35,386 bases of DNA from Bdellovibrionia bacterium. Lineage in GTDB: Bacteria > Bdellovibrionota > UBA1018. The translations under genes and the position numbers were made by a program. The stretch is from assembly GCA_049424145.1 (NCBI GenBank), contig JBMSSC010000012.1, positions 1-35,386 of the forward strand, given 5' to 3'. The notes under the pieces were generated by a model, which saw nothing but the letters and a program-made list of their open reading frames with translations, ran no database searches and had not been told where the DNA came from. Each line of letters begins with the position of its first letter. The first letter of the stretch is position 1. This document shows positions 1 to 8,921 of the stretch, one piece after another.

Positions 1-8
1 AAAGTCTG

Positions 9-326
9 ATGGATCGGCTGGCTTTGGTTTTTTTCTACCTAGTTGAGTGTGAGACGGTCAGACGAGTGGAGGGCTTTAAGGCAGATTTTTACGATCAGGA
101 TTTACCCCGTTTAAATTCGATCATCTCAAGTTGTGCCAGCCAGGCTCAAGCGCATGGGAGATCTGTCGGGGAGAAGGTCGGTCATGATTCCTTAGACAAG
201 GCGAAGGGACGCAGTGCCGGTATTCGTGCAGGAGAGCAGTTTGGTCGAGAGTGTTATGCTCGAGACGCGCTTCAATTCATCAAGGATGTGGTGAGAACCA
301 AGATCGATGGAAAGTTTGAACCGTAG
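9..326 (+). CDS. Hypothetical protein, possibly the 3' part of a gene starting before the window
   Basis: 105-aa ORF whose frame is open back to the window edge. It ends 3 nt before the next co-oriented ORF. No recognisable motif. Confidence 0.5.
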   Translation: MDRLALVFFYLVECETVRRVEGFKADFYDQDLPRLNSIISSCASQAQAHGRSVGEKVGHDSLDKAKGRSAGIRAGEQFGRECYARDALQFIKDVVRTKIDGKFEP

Positions 327-377
327 TCCATGGCAGGTTCGGGTGAAAGAATTGGGGATTCCCAGGTGTGGCGTGAG

Positions 378-1445
378 ATGAAAACAAAGAAAAGACTCAA
401 TGATCTGATTTTTTGGAATCCCAAGGTTCCGCTTTGGGCCGTGACTCCCGTTTTAGCTGTACAACTGGTGCTGGCTCTTCTTCAGCCGGCAGCTTTTTTG
501 GGTTGTGGGGGGGGAGGTGGAGGCGGCGCAGGGGGGGCGGCTTCAGTGACACCCCCTGCGTGCGTGGGAAATGGGGTCTACTATGCAAGTGCGGATGGAG
601 CTATAAAAAAGACAATTGAACAGTGTTGTCAATCCGACAGTTTGAATTTTTATCACCAGCCCAAAGAATTCTACTCAAGTGTGGATCAGTGTATTCTTTG
701 TGGGCAAAGAGATTGCCCGCAAAGAATTGGCGATGATCCTGCGCATGAAGGCATCCAAGAGGGCTGGAAAACAGCGGGAGTCTTAAGAAATTTGGTCAGC
801 GGGCCTGCGCAGTCTGCACCCCTGATTCCGGCTGGGGATGCTTCGGCGAATGCATGGCAGTTTTCGGCCACCGGAGCTGCTGAGGCGGGAGAGGTGTCTC
901 AACCTGGCGCGTCTGGAGGTGCTGTTCAAAAACAGGGTTCTGATCGGATGACGCCAGTGACTCCAGCTTTGAATTTTTCTAGGCCAGGGATAGGGGGAGG
1001 GCTGCGATCGGGCCCCTCTGGTTCCAACTCTTCTTCAGGGGGCCAAGGACTCGAGTCCGCTGGTCCGATGGACTCGATAGCCTTAGGATCGCAGACCCCA
1101 GTTAAGTCTTTAGCCGATTCAGAGTCGGGGATGGCTTACTCTCAGGCGGCTTCCCGAGGCGACAAAAAAGGGTCGTCAGTCTCTGGAAGGGGAAGTTTAG
1201 GGCAGGGGGCGGGTCGATCGCTCAGTGTTGCTTTCAGCGGCGAAAAAACGCAGGAGTTCGGCCAAAGATCCGACAACGAGCCTCCGATTCTGTTGGAGGA
1301 TCCGGAAGATTACTTCACGCGCATTGATTTGGGGACGAGTCTGTTTCAAGTCATTCACGCTCGTTATGAGGCAAAAGCGTCGGGCTGGATCCTTCAGCCC
1401 TCCCCAAAGGAAGAAGACAAAAAAAGCCCAAAGAGATCGTCCTGA
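378..1445 (+). CDS. Putative lipoprotein/secreted Gly-Ser-rich protein with a small Cys-rich domain
   Basis: Likely start ATG378 (MKTKKR...; ORF track starts at 330). Hydrophobic stretch ending FLGC, then poly-Gly, a Cys-rich segment, a long G/S low-complexity region and C-terminal SLFQVIHARY. Confidence 0.6.
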   Translation: MKTKKRLNDLIFWNPKVPLWAVTPVLAVQLVLALLQPAAFLGCGGGGGGGAGGAASVTPPACVGNGVYYASADGAIKKTIEQCCQSDSLNFYHQPKEFYSSVDQCILCGQRDCPQRIGDDPAHEGIQEGWKTAGVLRNLVSGPAQSAPLIPAGDASANAWQFSATGAAEAGEVSQPGASGGAVQKQGSDRMTPVTPALNFSRPGIGGGLRSGPSGSNSSSGGQGLESAGPMDSIALGSQTPVKSLADSESGMAYSQAASRGDKKGSSVSGRGSLGQGAGRSLSVAFSGEKTQEFGQRSDNEPPILLEDPEDYFTRIDLGTSLFQVIHARYEAKASGWILQPSPKEEDKKSPKRSS

Positions 1446-1518
1446 GACTCGGCTTGAAGAAGGGCGTCTCGGGTCGCGTCACGGAGACGATGGGATGCAA
1501 GAGACTTCCGTTTTGCTC

Positions 1519-2421
1519 TTAGCGGTAGAGATGGGGAATGGGCAAGTAAATGCTCCATAGATCCAAAGCTGCTGCGGCTAGGTAAAGAATCAGGCTGAAG
1601 TTGATCCAGAGAAAGAAATGAAGCCAGCGTCCGTCTCTTGGGTTCTTCCAAAAGCGGTAGAGTTCAATCAAGATCTTCACGCTCATCAAAGAGGATGCAA
1701 CGCCATAGATCAGTCCCAGTTGTAGAAACAAAGGAGCAATGAGGGTGAGTCCCACATAGGCCAAGCACCACAGAGTGATTTGAAACAAAGTGACCCCTTC
1801 GCCGTGGCTGACGGGTAGAGTCGGGAAGCCTCCTTTTTCGTAGTCCTGAGTGTAGCGCAGGGCTAAGACCCAGAAGTGGGGCATTTGCCAAAAAAAGAGG
1901 ATGAAAAATAAGTAAATCCCACCCGGAGTGAAAACTTCGCCTGAGGCGGCGGTGTATCCCATGAGAATGGGTAAGGCCCCTGGGATGGCTCCTGGTACTG
2001 CGGCATAGGCCCAAGTTTTCTTCCACCACAGGGTGTAAAGGCCATTATAAAGAAGAAGGGCAAGAAGGCCTAGGGCGAATAAAGAAAAACTGAGCTGAGC
2101 TAAGATCCCAAGTCCCAGTAGGGTAGTGATCAGAACAAAGGCCAAGACGGATTGAGGAGTGAGTTGACCCGAGGGCAAGGGTCGTTTTGCTGTTCTGGGC
2201 ATCTTTCCGTCGATGTCTTTTTCTTGCAGTTGATTGAGGGCTGAGGATCCAGAGGAAAGAAACAGGATGCCCACCAAGGTGGCCCAAAGCCTGCCCCAAG
2301 AAAATGCCAGTTCAGAGGGGTGTCCAATTAAGTAGCCTGAGAACACACTGAGGAGAACTAAGGTGACAATGCCGGATTTTGAAAGCTCAAGGAAGGTTTT
2401 CAGGGAGTGTTTGAGTGTCAT
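1519..2421 (-). CDS. cyoE: Protoheme IX farnesyltransferase (heme O synthase)
   Basis: UbiA-family motifs NQLQEKDIDGKMPRTAKRPLPSG, GAIPGALPILMGY and FWQMPHFW; multiple TMs; adjacent to the oxidase operon. Confidence 0.95.
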   Translation of the reverse strand: MTLKHSLKTFLELSKSGIVTLVLLSVFSGYLIGHPSELAFSWGRLWATLVGILFLSSGSSALNQLQEKDIDGKMPRTAKRPLPSGQLTPQSVLAFVLITTLLGLGILAQLSFSLFALGLLALLLYNGLYTLWWKKTWAYAAVPGAIPGALPILMGYTAASGEVFTPGGIYLFFILFFWQMPHFWVLALRYTQDYEKGGFPTLPVSHGEGVTLFQITLWCLAYVGLTLIAPLFLQLGLIYGVASSLMSVKILIELYRFWKNPRDGRWLHFFLWINFSLILYLAAAALDLWSIYLPIPHLYR

Positions 2422-2428
2422 GAGCGGG

Positions 2429-3094
2429 TTATGCCCTCTGAGACTGAGGGTTGAAGATCGGAGCCTGGCTCAGATTGACCCCGCCTGAGCGTAGGGCGAC
2501 GAAAAATAGGAGTCCCCAGAGAGCCCAACCCACAGCGGAGTGGAGGGTTCTGGAGTCCGGGTGAAGTCCACTTAAGACCGTTCCAATGCCCAAGAAGATT
2601 TGCGCAACGCTTAATCCAAACGCTCGACGTGTGACTCCGGCAAGAAGAGGAGCCTTTCGTGCCGAGAGAAGCGCCAGATGGAAGAAGAGCCCTAAAAGTA
2701 ACACCCCCCACCACCGATGAGTCCACGCAAGAGCCGAGTATAAAGTCCACGGACGAGGCAAGAAAGTCTCAGAACAAAGAGGAAAGTTGGGACAGCTCAG
2801 CCCTGCGTTCCAGGTTCTCATCGCACAGGCCATGGTGAATTGCAGAATCAAGCTCAAAAGGCCCGCACGAGCCAGTCGAGCCATTTTTCCGGGAACTTCT
2901 GGAATGAGGAGCGGCGAAAACTGGATTCGACACGCCATGGCAATGCTGGCGCTGAAAATCAAAAGAGAACCGAGTTCAAGAGTCAACGCCGTAGCGAAGT
3001 CAAACGAGAGATCTCTCCATCCGGGAATCGACCTCACTCCCAAAACCCTCATTCCATAAATGAAAAGGACCCAAATCCAAGCGATGACGTGCAT
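2429..3094 (-). CDS. ctaA: COX15/CtaA-family (heme A synthase-like) protein, short and retaining mainly one half
   Basis: AGLSCPNFPLC, WTHRWWG, QIFLGIGTV and TLHSAVG motifs; 7 nt upstream of cyoE. Only 221 aa, with an in-frame stop shortly upstream. Confidence 0.75.
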   Translation of the reverse strand: MHVIAWIWVLFIYGMRVLGVRSIPGWRDLSFDFATALTLELGSLLIFSASIAMACRIQFSPLLIPEVPGKMARLARAGLLSLILQFTMACAMRTWNAGLSCPNFPLCSETFLPRPWTLYSALAWTHRWWGVLLLGLFFHLALLSARKAPLLAGVTRRAFGLSVAQIFLGIGTVLSGLHPDSRTLHSAVGWALWGLLFFVALRSGGVNLSQAPIFNPQSQRA

Positions 3095-3138
3095 GAGCGC
3101 TCTCTTAGCATTTTCTCCCCCAGGCTTCGAGCTTATTC

Positions 3139-3167
3139 TTGACTTGAATCGGCTGCAAATCTATAAC
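3139..3167 (+). promoter_or_regulatory. Sigma70-type promoter of the sco-cox operon
   Basis: TTGACT (3139-3144) -N17- TATAAC (3162-3167), 9 nt before ATG3177. Confidence 0.7.
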
Positions 3168-3176
3168 GAGAACTCC

Positions 3177-4019
3177 ATGAGACGGTTTTATTCGCAGCTG
3201 CAGTTCCCATTTCGAGCCTTTTTTTGTCTTTTTTTCACGGGGTTTGTCCTGAATCTCGGTGTTATAAGCAAGTACTGCTATGCGTCATCTATCCCGCCGG
3301 AGCTAAAAGAAGTGGGAATCACGGAACGATTAGGAGAGACGGTTTCCATTTCGGAGCTCTCTTTTAAAGACGAAGCCGGAAAAGACGTTAAGCTCTCCCA
3401 ATACTTTCAACAGGGGCATCCTGTTTTACTGAACCTCGTTTATTATGAGTGTCCTAATCTTTGTAATTTTGTCCTCAACGGGTTAGTTAAATCGTTGAAG
3501 ACCTTAGATTGGACCCCTGGGGTGAATTTTGAAATCGTTACCGTCAGTATTGATCCGAAAGAAGCGCCGTCATTAGCTGAGAAAAAGAAGGCCGCTTATA
3601 TGAAAGAGTACGGCCGTACTGAGGCAGCCCCAGGCTGGCATTTTCTGACCGGCGAAGAACCGAATATTAAAAAATTAGCCGAGCAAGTGGGCTTTGGGTA
3701 CAAGTATGACACCCGTGAGAAGCAGTATGCTCATAGTGCTGGGATTTTTGCTCTCACTCCCACTGGGAAGATTTCCCGTATTTTATATGGCATTGAGTTT
3801 AAGAGCACTGAGCTTAAGTTAGCCTTGCTGGAGGCGTCCAATGGGCAAGTGGGCACGGTGATTGATCGGTTCTTGCTGTTTTGTTATCGCTATGATCCGA
3901 ACAGCAGGAAGTACTCCCTTTACCTCACTCAAGTGATGCAAGCCGCCTGTGCGGTCACGGTCATCATCTTCGGTGCGTACTTAACACTATTTTGGCGTAG
4001 ACAAAGAAAAGGAGCCTAG
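3177..4019 (+). CDS. SCO1/SenC-family copper chaperone for cytochrome c oxidase
   Basis: YYECPNLC (CxxxC), VSIDP, GWHFLTG and QYAHSAG (conserved His); signal-like N-terminus and C-terminal TM. Start moved to ATG3177 to avoid overlap with the divergent ctaA. Confidence 0.92.
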   Translation: MRRFYSQLQFPFRAFFCLFFTGFVLNLGVISKYCYASSIPPELKEVGITERLGETVSISELSFKDEAGKDVKLSQYFQQGHPVLLNLVYYECPNLCNFVLNGLVKSLKTLDWTPGVNFEIVTVSIDPKEAPSLAEKKKAAYMKEYGRTEAAPGWHFLTGEEPNIKKLAEQVGFGYKYDTREKQYAHSAGIFALTPTGKISRILYGIEFKSTELKLALLEASNGQVGTVIDRFLLFCYRYDPNSRKYSLYLTQVMQAACAVTVIIFGAYLTLFWRRQRKGA

Positions 4020-4025
4020 AGTCCA

Positions 4026-5042
4026 ATGTTCAACGAGGCCTTTGCAGCATCTACTGTCCCTCTTCAGGGAACAGATATCGCAGTGAAATGGGATAGTCTT
4101 TACAATTTTTTAGTGGGTCTGAGCATCTTCTTTTTCATCCTAGTCATCGGCGGGATGCTGGTGTTCATTTACAAGTATCGGCATAAGCCCGGTGTGAAGA
4201 CCCAGTACATGACCGATAGTCACCTTTTAGAGGGGCTTTGGGTTGGGGTTCCCACAGCGTTATTGATGGGAATTTTCGTTTGGGGTTATTCCGTTTATCA
4301 CTCCATGAAGAGTGCGCCTTCCGATGCATACGAGATTCGTGTTTTGGGAAAACAATGGCTTTGGACCTTTCAGTACGATGATGGTCGAACGACCGTGAAC
4401 GAAGTTTACGTTCCGGTGAACCGTCCTGTGAAGCTTGTCATGACTTCTGAAGATGTGCTTCATGGGTTTTTCGTCCCCAATTTTAGGATCAAACAAGACG
4501 TGGTGCCAGGGATGTATAGCAGCATTTGGTTCACTGCCACTGTGCCGGGCAAGCATCAGGTCTTTTGTACGGAGTACTGCGGAACCTCTCATTCTGGGAT
4601 GCTGGCTAAAGTCATCGCTCTGAGTGAGGATCAATGGGAAGCCTGGGTCAATCATAAGAAGATTGGGGATGTTCCCGAAGCAGGCATGGATGTTGCGGCC
4701 ACGGATTCGACTTCAGGAACCTCAGGCTCAGCGATGCAGAAGCCTACTTTGAGTTTAGTTGAGCAGGGTCGCGTTGTTTATGAGACCAAAGGCTGCGTGG
4801 CCTGTCACTCCACCGATGGAACCAATCACATTGGTCCAACGCACAAAGGTCTTTATGGAAGCAAAGTGGAGCTGGCCAACGGTAAAACAGTGGTTGCCGA
4901 TGAGAATTACATTCGAGACCACATTGAGAACCCTGCGTCGAACACGGTGAAGGGGTACAATCCTGTGATGCCAACGTTTAAGGGTTTAATCACAGAAGCA
5001 GAGATGAATGCCTTAATTGCGTATATCAAGAGCTTAAAATAG
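4026..5042 (+). CDS. coxB: Cytochrome c oxidase subunit II with C-terminal cytochrome c domain (caa3 type)
   Basis: Two TMs, QWLWTFQY, DVLHGF, CuA motif CTEYCGTSHSGM, heme motif CVACH and distal MP. Confidence 0.97.
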   Translation: MFNEAFAASTVPLQGTDIAVKWDSLYNFLVGLSIFFFILVIGGMLVFIYKYRHKPGVKTQYMTDSHLLEGLWVGVPTALLMGIFVWGYSVYHSMKSAPSDAYEIRVLGKQWLWTFQYDDGRTTVNEVYVPVNRPVKLVMTSEDVLHGFFVPNFRIKQDVVPGMYSSIWFTATVPGKHQVFCTEYCGTSHSGMLAKVIALSEDQWEAWVNHKKIGDVPEAGMDVAATDSTSGTSGSAMQKPTLSLVEQGRVVYETKGCVACHSTDGTNHIGPTHKGLYGSKVELANGKTVVADENYIRDHIENPASNTVKGYNPVMPTFKGLITEAEMNALIAYIKSLK

Positions 5043-5081
5043 GTCACGAGACCCGTGGGGCATGAAGGAGAATCAAAGAGT

Positions 5082-6716
5082 ATGGCAAATCATCAGGTTG
5101 GGGTAGCCACTGGCGATCATCATTATCTAAATCACTCAAAGGGCTTAAAATCCTGGTTAACCACATTGGATCACAAGCGGATCGGCGTGATGTACTTATT
5201 CACGGTTCTGGGTTTCTTTTTAGTGGGTGGCCTTTTTGCTCTGGGTATTCGTCTTGAGCTGATGAAGCTGGGACGAGAAATTTTAGATGCCAATCAATAC
5301 AATCGCTTCTTTACTTATCACGGAGCGATCATGGTGTTTTTGGTCATTATTCCGGCCATTCCAGCGGCTTTAGGTAACTTTGTCCTGCCTATTTTGGTGG
5401 GAGCCAAAGACGTGGCGTTTCCTAGGCTGAACTTGGCTTCCTATTACATTTATTGTGCAGGAGCGATTTTCGCGGTGGCAGCCTTGTTCTTAAGGGGTGC
5501 CGATACGGGGTGGACGTTTTACACTCCCTATTCCATTCGCTCTAACACCACAGTGATTTTGGTTCTCTTTGGAGCTTTTATTGCGGGGTTTTCCTCGATT
5601 TTGACCGGCTTAAATTTCATCGTGACGGTCCACAAGCTCAGGGCTCCTGGGCTCTCGTGGGATCGGCTCCCGTTGTTTTGTTGGGCCCTGTATGCCACCA
5701 GCATCATTCAGGTGTTGGCAACTCCTGTTTTGGCAATCACGTTGATTCTGTTGTGCATGGAGCGACTCCTTCATATTGGGATTTTTGACCCAAGCCTAGG
5801 TGGCGATCCGGTGTTGTTTCAACACTTCTTTTGGTTCTACTCGCATCCGGCCGTGTACATTATGATTCTGCCTGCCATGGGTGTGATCTCCGAAGTGATT
5901 CCTGTGTTTTCCCGAAAACCCATCTTTGGATATAAAGCCATTGCCTACTCCTCCTTTGGGATTGCGCTCATTGCATTTATTGTTTGGGGACACCACATGT
6001 TTGTGAGCGGTCAGTCGGAGCTGGCTAACTTTGTGTTTTCTCTGCTCACCATGTTCGTGGCCGTTCCCACGGGGGTGAAAGTATTCAGCTGGGTTTGGAC
6101 TCTCTACCGAGGATCCATCCACACGAATGCTCCGATGCTCTATGCGTTTGGTTTCTTAGAGTTGTTCACCATTGGCGGACTGACGGGCGTCTTTCTTGCG
6201 ACCTTAGCCATTGATGTCCACATGACCAACACCTACTTTGTGGTAGCCCACTTTCATTATGTGATGGTGGGAGGGACCTTAATGGGCTTACTTGCGGGGA
6301 TTCATTACTGGTTCCCCAAGATGACAGGAAGGATGTATCCTGAAAAACCAGCTCAGTGGGCCTTTTGGTTGATCACCCTGGGATTTAACCTCACGTTCTT
6401 CCCTCAGTTTATTTTAGGGATTCAAGGGATGCCCAGAAGGTACTGGTCGTATTTGCCTGAGTTCACCTTCTTGAATCGGCTTTCTTCTGTGGGCTCATGG
6501 TTCCTGCTCTTGGGGTTTAGCTATGCGGCTTATTATCTGATTCAAGCCATGAGATCAGGAAAGAAAGCATCCGCTAATCCTTGGGGCGCTTTAACGCTCG
6601 AGTGGCAGACCTCATCTCCTCCTCCGCATGAGAATTTCTTGGAAACTCCGGTGGTGAAGAATTGGCCCTATGAGTATTTGCCTGAGAATACAATCATTCC
6701 TGCGAATCAAGCTTGA
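5082..6716 (+). CDS. coxA: Cytochrome c oxidase subunit I (A2 type)
   Basis: [37 protein letters not shown] and GMPRR. Likely start ATG5082 after GAAGGAG; GTG5055 is an alternative. Confidence 0.98.
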   Translation: MANHQVGVATGDHHYLNHSKGLKSWLTTLDHKRIGVMYLFTVLGFFLVGGLFALGIRLELMKLGREILDANQYNRFFTYHGAIMVFLVIIPAIPAALGNFVLPILVGAKDVAFPRLNLASYYIYCAGAIFAVAALFLRGADTGWTFYTPYSIRSNTTVILVLFGAFIAGFSSILTGLNFIVTVHKLRAPGLSWDRLPLFCWALYATSIIQVLATPVLAITLILLCMERLLHIGIFDPSLGGDPVLFQHFFWFYSHPAVYIMILPAMGVISEVIPVFSRKPIFGYKAIAYSSFGIALIAFIVWGHHMFVSGQSELANFVFSLLTMFVAVPTGVKVFSWVWTLYRGSIHTNAPMLYAFGFLELFTIGGLTGVFLATLAIDVHMTNTYFVVAHFHYVMVGGTLMGLLAGIHYWFPKMTGRMYPEKPAQWAFWLITLGFNLTFFPQFILGIQGMPRRYWSYLPEFTFLNRLSSVGSWFLLLGFSYAAYYLIQAMRSGKKASANPWGALTLEWQTSSPPPHENFLETPVVKNWPYEYLPENTIIPANQA

Positions 6717-6730
6717 AGGAGATAAAGTTC

Positions 6731-7381
6731 ATGTCATCTGCCAATACAACAGTCGAACACCACCACGCACATCACTTCAATAGTGCGGAAGAAGAGTTTG
6801 AGGCCGCTAAGCAAGGCATGTGGATCTTCATGGTCACGGAAGTGCTGATGTTCGGTGGGCTTTTTGTGGCCTACGGGATTTTCAGAGGGCTTTATCCGAC
6901 CATGTTTCATGAGGCCCACGAGATGCTCAATTGGAAGATGGGAGCGCTCAATACGGTCGTGCTCATTACCAGTAGCTTAACCATGGCGCTGGCCGTGAGC
7001 TCCACTCAAAAGGGGGAAAACGCCAAGGCGTTTCGCTACCTTTTGGTGACGTTTCTTTTTGCCTGCTGCTTTCTTGTGGTGAAGTACTTTGAGTACTCCC
7101 ATAAGTTTCATGACGGACTTCTGCCGGGTGGGTTTTTTGCCAACCACGAGTTGAAGGATCCGAAAGCTCCTCTTTTCTTCTCGCTTTATTTCATGATGAC
7201 GGGCCTTCACGGGATTCACGTCTTAATTGGAATGGGTGTGATTGCGTGGTTGATGATTCGCCTCAAGCGAGGGGAGTTTTCTCCAGCCTTTTATACTCCT
7301 GTGGAGTTAGTAGGGTTTTACTGGCACTTTGTTGATTTAGTCTGGATTTATCTATTTCCTCTTCTCTACTTGGTAGGATAA
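6731..7381 (+). CDS. coxC: Cytochrome c oxidase subunit III
   Basis: GMWIFMVTEVLMFGGLF, MTGLHGIHV and YWHFVDLVWI. ATG6731 follows GAAGGAG. Confidence 0.96.
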   Translation: MSSANTTVEHHHAHHFNSAEEEFEAAKQGMWIFMVTEVLMFGGLFVAYGIFRGLYPTMFHEAHEMLNWKMGALNTVVLITSSLTMALAVSSTQKGENAKAFRYLLVTFLFACCFLVVKYFEYSHKFHDGLLPGGFFANHELKDPKAPLFFSLYFMMTGLHGIHVLIGMGVIAWLMIRLKRGEFSPAFYTPVELVGFYWHFVDLVWIYLFPLLYLVG

Positions 7382-7383
7382 CT

Positions 7384-8514
7384 ATGGGAACAAACAAGAA
7401 TAAGAGTCATCATCATATTTTACCCACAAGCACCGCTGTGACCATCGGAGGGATCCTTTTGGTCATGACGGTTGTGACCGTTGCTATTGCTCGGGTGGAT
7501 TTGGGTCGTTTGAATTTCACGATCGCCATGGCTGTGGCGACGGTGAAAGCCTTGCTCGTTTGCCTGTATTTCATGGGCTTAAAGTACGATCACCGAGAGA
7601 ACGCCATGATTTTTGCCACTTCGTTTTTGTTCCTGGCAATTTTCATCGGCTTGACCTCAACCGACATGTTTTTTCGAGGCGACATTTACACGAAAGGTCC
7701 TGTGGCGTTTGTGGCCAAGGACTCAGGCTCAAAAGTGGCTAAACCTTGGATTTCCACTCCTGAGCTGGTAGCGCGCGGCAAGGAGCTCTTTGCTCAGCAG
7801 TGCGTCGCCTGTCACGGAGCTGAGGGAAGAGGTAATGGTCCAGCAGCTGCTGCCTTAAATCCTCCGCCTAGGAATTTTCACGAAGCAACAGGTTGGAAGA
7901 ACGGACGAAAGCCCACAATGGTTTTTAAAACCTTAAAGGAAGGGCTTGCTCCTTCAGCTATGGCGTCTTACGCCAGTTTGCCTGCTGAAGATCGTTGGGC
8001 GCTGAGTCACTACGTCTTAAGCATGGGCCCAGCAGCCGAAACCGATACGGCGGGTGATTTTGCTAAAATCGGCGTGGATCCCACTCAAAATGCGGTAGCA
8101 GAGAAGGTCCAGGCCACCGTGCCGGTCTCCTTTGCGATGAAGAGAATCGCGTCCTACCATCCCAGTCGCTCAGGGATCGCTCACCTTTACTCAGAGTCGT
8201 CAGGTGAGTCATCGGAGATCTCTCCGTCAGGTCAATCGGCGCACGCCTTAGGCGCAGCCTTGTACCGCGCCCAATGTGTTTCGTGCCATGGTGTGCGAGG
8301 CGAGGGCGCAATTAAGGTGAAGACCTTAGGCGCTAATCCCGTTGCCTATGTCACGACGCGTCCGTTCCAAGCCTATACGGAAGCCATGAAGTCCGAGTCT
8401 GCCTTCACTCAGGCAGTGATCAAGGGTCTCCCAGGAGAGCTGATGCCAGGGCTCGGGCAGTTGGGAGCCGCTGAGGCGCGCGATCTGTACCAATACGTTC
8501 AGTCGCTCAAATAA
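7384..8514 (+). CDS. coxD: Cytochrome c oxidase subunit IV (COX4_pro) fused to two class I cytochrome c domains
   Basis: N-terminal three TMs with ATVKALLVCLYFMGLKYD, then CVACH (...NPPPRNF...SAM) and CVSCH (...ELMPG) in one uninterrupted frame. Confidence 0.88.
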   Translation: MGTNKNKSHHHILPTSTAVTIGGILLVMTVVTVAIARVDLGRLNFTIAMAVATVKALLVCLYFMGLKYDHRENAMIFATSFLFLAIFIGLTSTDMFFRGDIYTKGPVAFVAKDSGSKVAKPWISTPELVARGKELFAQQCVACHGAEGRGNGPAAAALNPPPRNFHEATGWKNGRKPTMVFKTLKEGLAPSAMASYASLPAEDRWALSHYVLSMGPAAETDTAGDFAKIGVDPTQNAVAEKVQATVPVSFAMKRIASYHPSRSGIAHLYSESSGESSEISPSGQSAHALGAALYRAQCVSCHGVRGEGAIKVKTLGANPVAYVTTRPFQAYTEAMKSESAFTQAVIKGLPGELMPGLGQLGAAEARDLYQYVQSLK

Positions 8515-8578
8515 ATGGACTGAAGAGGAATTCTGCAATTCGATGATCCAATGATGGGATCATGAGAAGAAGAAATGA

Positions 8579-8614
8579 AGAGGAGTCTTTCTCCATGATG
8601 AGGAAGACTCCTCT
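8579..8614. terminator. Strong hairpin between the convergent cox operon and fibre gene; possible terminator
   Basis: AGAGGAGTCTTTCTC-CATGAT-GAGGAAGACTCCTCT, a 15-bp stem with one G-U pair. No clean U-tract. Confidence 0.5.
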
Positions 8615-8900
8615 GCTCGTTTTGGGATTCAGGTTTTTAAAATAGGACCTTTCAAGTGACCTGAATCGGTAGCTTCTGAACTACTGGCTGCTCGATGAGA
8701 TGAGCCTGAGTGGATTCAAAGGGGTTGGTTTCTTTGATGGGGTCTAGGAGCCAAAAAAAGAGAGAATCCTACTGCAGTATCTCTAGGCACTCTTTGAAGT
8801 CTGAAACTCCGTAAGCCAGAGAGATGAACTGATCTGTGGTTGAGTTTTGGCAAGCGAGGGCTCGTTTGTGCTACCTTGAGAAAACTCTCCACTTAATTTT

Positions 8901-8920
8901 AAAAACCGGGAGTCCAGTTT
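8901..8920 (-). terminator. Putative intrinsic terminator of the fibre gene
   Basis: On the minus strand, right after the stop codon: AAACTGG-ACTC-CCGGTTT-TT. Confidence 0.4.
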
Positions 8921-8921
8921 C

